Below, in pieces: positions 6,952 to 12,846 of a stretch of 12,846 bases of DNA. The DNA comes from Myxococcales bacterium (lineage in GTDB: Bacteria; Myxococcota; Myxococcia; Myxococcales; Anaeromyxobacteraceae): assembly GCA_038320275.1 (NCBI GenBank), contig JBBQEB010000115.1, positions 1 to 12,846 on the forward strand, read 5' to 3'. The notes under the pieces were generated by a model that saw only the letters and a program-made list of their open reading frames with translations, was not told where the DNA came from and made no database searches. The position numbers and the translations under genes were made by a program. Position 1 is the first letter of the stretch; the number at the start of each line of letters is the position of its first letter.

Positions 6952-8232
6952 ATGCCCACCTCCCCCTCCTCGCGCATCGCCTACGTGATGTCCTGGTTCC
7001 CGGCCGTCACCGAGACGTTCATCCTGAACGAGATGCTCGAGCTCCGGCGGCGGGGCGCGGACCTCGAGATCTACCCGCTCTTCGGCGCGTCGCAGGACGT
7101 GCGACATCCGGGCTCGGACGAGCTCGCACCGTTGGTGCAGTACCACCGCGCACTTTCCGTCGAGCTGCTGGCGGCCCAGCTCCACTGGCTGCGCCGCCGT
7201 CCGCTGGCGTACCTCGGCGCGTGGAGGAAGGCGATCGCCGGCAACATCCGATCACCCGAGTTCCTCGCCAAGGCGATGGTGGTGGTGCCTCGCGCGGCGG
7301 TGCTGGCGAGGCGCATGGAAGAGCGCGGGATCGCGCACGTCCACGCCCATTGGGCCACCCACCCGGCGCTGGCGGCGTTCATCGTCCGCGAGCTGACCGG
7401 CATCGGGTACAGCTTCACGGCGCACGCGCACGACCTCTACCTCGACCGGTCCATGCTGGGCCAGAAGATCGCCGCGGCCAGCCTGGTCGTCACCATCTCG
7501 CGCTTCAACCGCGCGCTCATCGAGAGGGTCTTCGGCGCGGCGGCCGCCGCCAAGACGGTGGTGATCCCTTGCGGCGTCGATGTCGGCACCTTCGCGCCGC
7601 GGCACCGCACCGCGAACGGTGCGCTGCGCATCGCCTGCGTCGCGGGGCTCCGCGACTACAAGGGCCACGCCTGGCTGGTCGAGGCGTGCAGGCTGCTCGC
7701 CGCGCGCGGCGTGCCGTTCGAGCTCTCCCTCGTGGGCGACGGGCCCGAGCGCAAGGCCCTCGAGGCCCAGGTGGCCTCGGCGGGGCTTCAGGACCGGGTC
7801 ACCCTCCTCGGCAACCGGCCGCACGGAGAGGTGAAGGCGCTCCTGGATGCCTCGGACGTCATGGTGATGCCGAGCGTCACCACCCCCGCGGGGATGATGG
7901 ACGGCATCCCGGTCGCGCTCATGGAGGCCATGGCGGCCGGGATGCCGGTGGTGTCCACGCGCGTCTCCGGGATTCCGGAGCTGGTGAAGGATGGGGAGAC
8001 GGGGCTCCTCGCCCCGGAGAAGGACGCCGCGGCGCTCGCCGACGCGCTGGAGCGGCTCCACCGTGAGCCCGAGCTCGGCCGGCGGCTGGCCGAGGCCGCC
8101 CGCCAGCACGTGGTGGAGAGCTACAACCTCGGCAAGAACTCCGCCCAGGTCCTGGCGCAGATCCGGGCCGCCATGGCGAAAGGCGGCGGCGAACCGGAGG
8201 AGGTGCCCACTCGCGCCGCCAGGCTCGCCTGA
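6952..8232 (+). CDS. Glycosyltransferase family 4, WcaL-like, 426 aa
   Basis: IAYVMSWFPAVTETFILNEM, HVHAHWA, SFTAHAHDLY, DGIPVALMEAMAAGMPVVSTRVSGIPEL. AGGTGA SD-like sequence before ATG 6952, which is 5 nt after the upstream stop. Confidence 0.92.
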   Translation: MPTSPSSRIAYVMSWFPAVTETFILNEMLELRRRGADLEIYPLFGASQDVRHPGSDELAPLVQYHRALSVELLAAQLHWLRRRPLAYLGAWRKAIAGNIRSPEFLAKAMVVVPRAAVLARRMEERGIAHVHAHWATHPALAAFIVRELTGIGYSFTAHAHDLYLDRSMLGQKIAAASLVVTISRFNRALIERVFGAAAAAKTVVIPCGVDVGTFAPRHRTANGALRIACVAGLRDYKGHAWLVEACRLLAARGVPFELSLVGDGPERKALEAQVASAGLQDRVTLLGNRPHGEVKALLDASDVMVMPSVTTPAGMMDGIPVALMEAMAAGMPVVSTRVSGIPELVKDGETGLLAPEKDAAALADALERLHREPELGRRLAEAARQHVVESYNLGKNSAQVLAQIRAAMAKGGGEPEEVPTRAARLA

Positions 8233-8258
8233 CGGCGGCGCCGGGCCGTCTCGCCGGA

Positions 8259-8732
8259 TCAGCTTCCCGTGCAGCGCCCGCCGCCACCCGGAGCCGGCTC
8301 GCAGCGGAACACCTTGAACTGCGGGCAACCCTCCGGACGCCGGATGGCTGGCATGGGACAGGTACAGCGGCAGAGCCCCGTGCGCGCTGCGGCGAGGGCG
8401 TCAACCCGCCCGGCCACCACCCGCAGCTCGCAGCCGGAGAAGGCGTCCGTCACAGGCTGGGTACATCCCTCCCCCGAGGGGTCGCAGGAGATCGCGTCGC
8501 CGAGCGCCCGGGCGTAGACCCCTCGCACCTCGTCGCAGAGGTCCCCCAGCGTGCGCAGCCCGCTCGTCGCACCCGGCGAACAGCTCGGGTCGACGCCCGT
8601 GGGCGGACCCGGTCCGTCCGGGCAACGCAGGGAGGCCGCGGTGACCGCCTGCGCCAGCGGGGGCTCTTTCCGCGAGCTGCAGGCGAGCCCGGCACAGAGC
8701 GCGAGGACCAGCAACGGGCGGGGAGCCACCAT
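8259..8732 (-). CDS. Cys-rich hypothetical lipoprotein, 157 aa
   Basis: Signal peptide and lipobox-like MVAPRPLLVLALCAGLA-C; 12 further Cys in the mature part; a -10 box sits just upstream. Confidence 0.65.
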   Translation of the reverse strand: MVAPRPLLVLALCAGLACSSRKEPPLAQAVTAASLRCPDGPGPPTGVDPSCSPGATSGLRTLGDLCDEVRGVYARALGDAISCDPSGEGCTQPVTDAFSGCELRVVAGRVDALAAARTGLCRCTCPMPAIRRPEGCPQFKVFRCEPAPGGGGRCTGS

Positions 8733-8738
8733 GTGCTG

Positions 8739-8744
8739 ATCATA
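8739..8744 (-). promoter_or_regulatory. -10 box (TATGAT), leaderless-type promoter
   Basis: 5/6 match to TATAAT, 6 nt upstream of ATG 8732, with no SD. Confidence 0.55.
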
Positions 8745-8811
8745 GCGCGGGCTGAGCCCCTCACCCGAGCCGCCCCGCCGGGCCGCGCTCGCGGCGAGCG
8801 TCCACGTGGTA

Positions 8812-8827
8812 TGGTGTAAGAGTTGCA
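8812..8827 (+). promoter_or_regulatory. Candidate sigma54 (-24/-12) promoter for the histidine kinase
   Basis: TGGTGTA-AGAG-TTGCA has GG-N10-GC spacing and a TTGCA -12 element. It overlaps an alternative extended -10, TGgTATGGT (8807-8815). Confidence 0.45.
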
Positions 8828-8914
8828 GCCCCCATATTGAGGCCTGCGAAGCCGCGGCAGACTGGAACACATTCCGCGGCGCATCTCCACGCGGAACGGA
8901 ACCAGGGGTCGGCC

Positions 8915-9994
8915 ATGCTTCACGAGTTCGTCGATCGACACCGCGCGGAGATCATCGCGAATGTTCAGGCGCGCGCTGCAGCACGGAGCGTGCCCGTGGC
9001 CTCGCCGGCCGAGCTCGAGCGCGGGGTGCCGGTGTTCCTCGACCAGCTCGTCGCGGCGCTGCGCGCCGAACACGACGCGCCGCCCACCCGCTCCTCCACC
9101 CGGACCATCGAGGAGACCGCCGCCGAGTACGGCGAGCTGCTCCGGTCGCTCGGGCTGACCGTGGGCCAGGTGGTTCACGGGTACGGAGACGTGTGCCAGG
9201 CCGTCACGGAGCTCGCGGTCGACCACGAGGCGGCCATCCGCAACTCGGAATTCCGCACCCTCAATCGCTGTCTCGACGACGCAATCGCCGGCGCCGTGGC
9301 CGAGCACGCCCGAAGCCGCGAGCAGTCGCTGGCGGCCTCCAGCACGGAGCGCCTGGGACACCTCGCGCACGAGCTGCGCAACGCGCTCACCACCGCGGTG
9401 CTCTCGCTCAGCGCCCTGCAGACCGGCAAGGTGGGGATCGGCGGCAGCACGGGCGCGGCGCTCTCCCGCAGCCTCCGCACGCTCGGAGGGCTCATCGAGC
9501 GCTCTCTGGCCGAGGTGCGCCTGGACTCGGGCAGCGCCTACCTGCAGCGCGTGGACGTCGCGACGTTCGTCGAGGACCTGGAGATCGGCGCCTCGCTGGG
9601 AGCCAGCGACCACGGGCTCGTGCTGAACGTGCCAGAGGTCGAGCCGGGGCTCGCCGTCCACGTCGATGCCCAGCTCCTCTCCTCCGCGCTCGGGAACCTG
9701 CTGCACAATGCCTTCAAGTTCACGCACCGCGACGGGAAGGTGACGCTCACCGCCCGCCGCTCGGGGACTCGCGTCCTCCTCGAGGTGGAGGATCAGTGCG
9801 GAGGGATGTTCGGGGCGACGATCGAGTCGCTCTTCCGGCCGTTCGTGCGCGGAGCGGCCCAGGACCAGAGTGGCCTCGGACTGGGGCTCTCCATCAGCCG
9901 GCGCGCCGTGGAGAGCCAGCACGGAACGCTCACAGCGCGGAACGTACCCGGGACTGGCTGCGTGTTCACCATCGACCTGCCGGCCGTGGCTTAG
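8915..9994 (+). CDS. Soluble sensor histidine kinase (HisKA + HATPase_c) with a helical N-terminal domain, 359 aa
   Basis: H-box LAHELRNAL, N-box LGNLLHNAFKFT, G1 VEDQCGGM, F-box LFRPF, G2 GLGLGLSI. No TM segment. AGGGG SD-like sequence before ATG 8915. Confidence 0.92.
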   Translation: MLHEFVDRHRAEIIANVQARAAARSVPVASPAELERGVPVFLDQLVAALRAEHDAPPTRSSTRTIEETAAEYGELLRSLGLTVGQVVHGYGDVCQAVTELAVDHEAAIRNSEFRTLNRCLDDAIAGAVAEHARSREQSLAASSTERLGHLAHELRNALTTAVLSLSALQTGKVGIGGSTGAALSRSLRTLGGLIERSLAEVRLDSGSAYLQRVDVATFVEDLEIGASLGASDHGLVLNVPEVEPGLAVHVDAQLLSSALGNLLHNAFKFTHRDGKVTLTARRSGTRVLLEVEDQCGGMFGATIESLFRPFVRGAAQDQSGLGLGLSISRRAVESQHGTLTARNVPGTGCVFTIDLPAVA

Positions 9995-10072
9995 CTCCCC
10001 CGCTGCCCCCCCGCTGTCCAGAAGAAGGTAGGCGCGGAGCGGAGGACGCCTCGGTACAACGGAATGAATCTT

Positions 10073-10144
10073 GGGGTGCTAGCTCAATGGTAGAGCTGCG
10101 GCCTTTTAAGCCGTAGGCTCCGGGTTCGAGTCCCGGGCGCCCCA
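10073..10144 (+). tRNA. tRNA-Lys(UUU); 3' CCA not encoded
   Basis: Acceptor stem GGGGTGC/GCGCCCC; D arm GCTC-AATGGTA-GAGC; anticodon arm GCGGC-CTTTTAA-GCCGT (TTT at 10105-10107); T arm CCGGG-TTCGAGT-CCCGG; discriminator A. Confidence 0.95.
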
Positions 10145-10157
10145 TTTCTCTACGGCT

Positions 10158-10184
10158 CCGGCGCGCCGTTCGGCGCGCGGTTTT
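10158..10184 (+). terminator. Intrinsic terminator after the tRNA
   Basis: GCGCGCC-GTTC-GGCGCGC hairpin followed by ggTTTT, between converging genes. Confidence 0.6.
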
Positions 10185-10193
10185 CCGGCGCGC

Positions 10194-10454
10194 CTAGCCC
10201 CAGAGCTTCTCGCCGTGGCACGCGACCACCCGGCCGCAATGCGCGCACACCTTGGTGCGGCTGCCGATGAGCGCGCTCCGCCCGCTCGCGTCGGTGTGCT
10301 CGCAGCTGGCGAGCAGGAGGGCGGTTTCGCGCTGAAGCTCGCGGATCTGGCGTTCGAGCGCGGAGACCTGGAGGCGCAGCGCCTCCTTGCGGGCAAGTCG
10401 CTCCTCCTGAGGCATGGAGGAGATCGCTGGGTCTTGCTGGGCAAGGGTCGACAT
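10194..10454 (-). CDS. Small hypothetical protein (86 aa): coiled coil plus putative Zn-binding C-terminus
   Basis: Heptad-like segment LRLQVSALERQIRELQRE, then CEH...CAHC...CH. AGGTGA SD-like sequence close to ATG 10454; TACCTT -10 at 10479-10484. Confidence 0.65.
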   Translation of the reverse strand: MSTLAQQDPAISSMPQEERLARKEALRLQVSALERQIRELQRETALLLASCEHTDASGRSALIGSRTKVCAHCGRVVACHGEKLWG

Positions 10455-10478
10455 GGTTCACCTGGGGCTGGGTGAGTG

Positions 10479-10484
10479 AAGGTA
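10479..10484 (-). promoter_or_regulatory. Candidate -10 box (TACCTT) for the 86-aa gene
   Basis: TAnnnT 24 nt upstream of the ATG, leaving a short leader containing the SD. Confidence 0.35.
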
Positions 10485-10557
10485 GCGTCCCCGCAGCGCG
10501 GTGTCTTGCCGCAACCCGTCATTCCGTTGGGTCGTACCGGGGGCGACCCGCTCGCTC

Positions 10558-11433
10558 TTACGGCCAGAGGTCCACCACCACCGGACGGTGATCGGACGCC
10601 GCCTGCACGTCCTCCCCCTCCAGGACCTCCACCCGCAGCACCGCCCGCGCGTCCTCGCGCGGTAGCAGCACGTCGTCGATGCGCTCGCGGGCTCCTCCGC
10701 CAGACCAGGTCCAGGCCAGCGACGACGGGAGAGCGGCGCCGACATCGACGAGTCGCCCGTCTCCGAGCAGCGGCTCCAGGGCGGCGGAGCCCGGCAGGTC
10801 GTTCAGATCGCCCACCACGAGGACCAGCGCATCGGCGCGAGCCGCCCGCAGCTCCTCCAGCACGGCGCGCGCGCGCGCAGCCTGGGCGCGGCGCCTCTCG
10901 TCCTGTCCCGGCGTCCGGCGCGAGACGAGGTGGTTGCACAGGAGGATCACGGGGCGGCTGCCGGCCTCGAGGTGCAGCTCGACGAGGTCGCGCGACCAGA
11001 CGAAGCCGCCGCCCGGGGAACGCTCGTCCCGGTGGCTCCGGTACGAGTGGACGGGCACGCGGGCGAGCACCCCGATGTCGATGCCGCGCGGGTCTCGCCC
11101 TTCCACCAGATGCGCACCGTAACCCGGGAGCCTCGACGCGAGCCGCTCCAGCAACGGGAGGTTCTCCACCTCCTGGAGCACGGCGACGTCTGCGTCCGCG
11201 CGTCCGAGCACGCGCGCGATGCGGTCGAGCTTCGCCTCCACCTCCCCGTGGGTGAGCACCGTGTCCTCTTGGCCCGGCGGCGCCTCGCGGTCGATCTCGT
11301 CGAAGAGATCGTGGACGTTCCAGGTCGCGACGCGGAGGGTGAGCGGCGCGGGCGGCGCCTCCGGCGAAGGCGCGGAAGCGCCACAGCCCACCAGCAAGGC
11401 GGTGGCGATGGACAGGGTGGGCGCGAGTTGCAT
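10558..11433 (-). CDS. Endonuclease/exonuclease/phosphatase (EEP, DNase I-like) family lipoprotein, 291 aa
   Basis: Lipobox LLVGC; catalytic motifs ATWNV, LQEVE, NHL, VGDLND, RID, SDHRPV. Start overlaps the SDR stop (TGATG). Confidence 0.9.
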   Translation of the reverse strand: MQLAPTLSIATALLVGCGASAPSPEAPPAPLTLRVATWNVHDLFDEIDREAPPGQEDTVLTHGEVEAKLDRIARVLGRADADVAVLQEVENLPLLERLASRLPGYGAHLVEGRDPRGIDIGVLARVPVHSYRSHRDERSPGGGFVWSRDLVELHLEAGSRPVILLCNHLVSRRTPGQDERRRAQAARARAVLEELRAARADALVLVVGDLNDLPGSAALEPLLGDGRLVDVGAALPSSLAWTWSGGGARERIDDVLLPREDARAVLRVEVLEGEDVQAASDHRPVVVDLWP

Positions 11434-12542
11434 CAGCGCGCGCGTTGCAAGCGCCCTTCCCGGCGGAACTCTTGGTGCCGCGACCCCGGGCGGTCGCGGA
11501 CCGACCGCGGGGAGGACTCGTCGGTGCGGTTGGCGGCCTCGAGGAGCACGCCCACCAGCACCGCCACGCCGATCGCCGTCGCAAGCGGGTGCATGCGAAG
11601 CCAGAGCTCGGCGCTGAAGGAGCGCGCCTGGCTGTCGAAGCGGCCGTGGGCGCCCCGGTCGCCTGGAAGCGGCCGATCCACGTTGTCGGGGCGCCCCGGC
11701 GGAGAGGGGCGTGGAGTCTGCTGCGAGTCGAAGCCGTTCCGCGCCAGGTAGCGGTCAGCGAAGCCGGGCGCGAGCTCCTGGCCCATGATTGCCTTGATGG
11801 CCGCCGGGGCGATCCAGAGCTCGCGGACCGGGTGCTCGGCGACATACAGGCAGGCCCGGGCAATCACCTCCGGCTGGTAGATGGGGGGCACCGGCTGGGG
11901 CCAGTTGGGCAGGCGGGAGCGCACCACATCGAACTGCGGCGTGTTCACCGCGGGCAGCTGCAACATGGAGATCGCGACCGGCAGCCGGTCGTGGAGGATC
12001 TCCGAGCGCAGGCTGTCGGTGAAGCCCCGCATGGCGGCCTTGCTGGCGCAGTAAGCGCTCTGGAGCGGGATGGATCGGTAGACGAGTGCGGAGCCGATCT
12101 GGATGATGCCGCCTCCGCCCGGCTGGTCTTTCATGCGGCGCAGCGCGGCCAGGGTGCCGTGCACCGCCCCGAGATAGTTCACCTCGGTCACGCGCTTGAA
12201 CTCCTGGGCCGTCATCTCGAGCGCGCGAGAGAAGACGCTCACCATGGCGTCGTTCACCCACGTATCAATGCGCCCCCAGCGCTGCACCACGGCATCGGCC
12301 GCAGCTTCGACGGCCGCGTCGTCGGCCACGTCGAGGGGCAGCACGAGCGCCTCGCCCCCCTCTGCCTCGATCTCCTTGGCGCAGTTCTCCAGCGCCTCGC
12401 GCCCCCGCGCGATGAGGCCCACCTTGGCTCCCGCCGCGCCGAACGCGCGAGCGATGGCGCGTCCGACGCCGCTGGAGGCTCCCGTGACGACGACCACCTG
12501 CTCTGCCAGGGGCCTTCTGCGCGCATTCTTGAAGAAGCTCAT
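11433..12542 (-). CDS. SDR family NAD(P)-dependent oxidoreductase with C-terminal extension, 369 aa
   Basis: VVVTGASSGVG Rossmann motif, catalytic YCASK, PAVNTP, and a hydrophobic segment near the C-terminus. Start at ATG 12542 (MSFFKN). Confidence 0.92.
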   Translation of the reverse strand: MSFFKNARRRPLAEQVVVVTGASSGVGRAIARAFGAAGAKVGLIARGREALENCAKEIEAEGGEALVLPLDVADDAAVEAAADAVVQRWGRIDTWVNDAMVSVFSRALEMTAQEFKRVTEVNYLGAVHGTLAALRRMKDQPGGGGIIQIGSALVYRSIPLQSAYCASKAAMRGFTDSLRSEILHDRLPVAISMLQLPAVNTPQFDVVRSRLPNWPQPVPPIYQPEVIARACLYVAEHPVRELWIAPAAIKAIMGQELAPGFADRYLARNGFDSQQTPRPSPPGRPDNVDRPLPGDRGAHGRFDSQARSFSAELWLRMHPLATAIGVAVLVGVLLEAANRTDESSPRSVRDRPGSRHQEFRREGRLQRAR

Positions 12543-12548
12543 GCGCCG

Positions 12549-12554
12549 AAGGTA
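12549..12554 (-). promoter_or_regulatory. -10 box (TACCTT), leaderless-type promoter
   Basis: TAnnnT 6 nt upstream of ATG 12542, with no SD. Confidence 0.5.
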
Positions 12555-12620
12555 AGGCCTAACACCGCGCTTGGCCCCGCGGCCGAGCACCGCGAGGCTC
12601 TGCCCGATCGATCCGAGGCA

Positions 12621-12846
12621 CTACCGCACAACGCCCGACCCGGCGTCGGCATGCGCGCCGCCGTGCATTCCCGCGTCCATCCCGCCCATGCCGGCGCCCA
12701 TCCCGCCCATCCCCGCGTCCGTCCCGCCCATGCCCGCGCCCATCCCGCCCGTGCCCGCGTCCATCCTGCCCATGCCCGCGTCCATCCCGCCGTGCATTCC
12801 CGCGTCCATCCCGCCCATGCCGGCGCCCATCCCGCCCATCCCCGCG
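12621..12846 (-). CDS. C-terminal Gly/Met-rich repeat tail of an unknown protein starting beyond the right edge
   Basis: Frame is open to the window edge: AGMGGMGAGMGGMDAGMHGG...HADAGSGVVR, stop TAG at 12621-12623. Repeat variation preserves the frame. Confidence 0.65.
   Translation of the reverse strand, partial: AGMGGMGAGMGGMDAGMHGGMDAGMGRMDAGTGGMGAGMGGTDAGMGGMGAGMGGMDAGMHGGAHADAGSGVVR
12658..12846. repeat. Coding tandem repeat: ~21-bp unit (GGM[D/G]AGM) with an exact 60-bp higher-order duplication
   Basis: 12658-12717 is identical to 12787-12846 (offset 129 bp, 43 codons). Confidence 0.9.

Noticed and set aside
7882..7935. Asp in place of the first Glu of the GT4 EX7E motif (MMDGIPVALME)
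   Set aside because: A DGIP variant is common in WcaL-like enzymes and is not evidence of inactivation.
8736..8744. CTGATCATA, identical to the left half of the LexA box
   Set aside because: No GTTCAG right half; explained by the TATGAT -10 element.
10529..10549. GGGTCG-N9-CGACCC hairpin after the EEP gene, and similar short hairpins near 4320-4340 and 8231-8250
   Set aside because: Short stems without U-tracts; could be weak terminators but cannot be distinguished from GC-rich background.
1053..11863. Many long alternative-frame or antisense ORFs (for example 1053..2723, 2465..3853, 4347..5678, 7252..8328, 8450..9922, 8806..10116, 10106..11863)
   Set aside because: Typical shadow ORFs of high-GC genes. 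They have no motifs and overlap well-supported CDSs or the tRNA.
12621..12846. GroEL GGM tail or CRISPR array
   Set aside because: The units contain DAG and the protein ends in HADAGSGVVR, unlike GroEL. There are no unique spacers, and the repeat preserves codon frame.

Overview
Very GC-rich chromosomal window (roughly 70-75% by eye). Gene content and a Myxococcus-type LexA box suggest a Myxococcota/Anaeromyxobacter-like organism (inference). Left to right: (1) the N-terminus of a probable class IV aminotransferase (-); (2) a small CxxC/CxxC zinc-ribbon ORF (+) that overlaps the 3' end of the next gene by 358 bp in antisense; (3) a translationally coupled putative DNA repair/modification operon (-), TIGR03916-type radical SAM-HhH plus TIGR03915/DUF4130, with a LexA-like SOS box and no uracil-DNA glycosylase partner; (4) a partial Wzx-dependent polysaccharide locus (flippase plus three GT4 glycosyltransferases); (5) a Cys-rich lipoprotein; (6) an orphan soluble histidine kinase with a possible sigma54 promoter; (7) tRNA-Lys(UUU) without encoded CCA; (8) a small coiled-coil/Zn-ribbon protein; (9) an SDR coupled to an EEP-family lipoprotein; (10) the Gly/Met-rich repeat tail of a truncated gene. 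Four genes have a TAnnnT -10 box only 6-7 nt before the start codon and no Shine-Dalgarno sequence, suggesting leaderless mRNAs. No mobile element or CRISPR array was seen.
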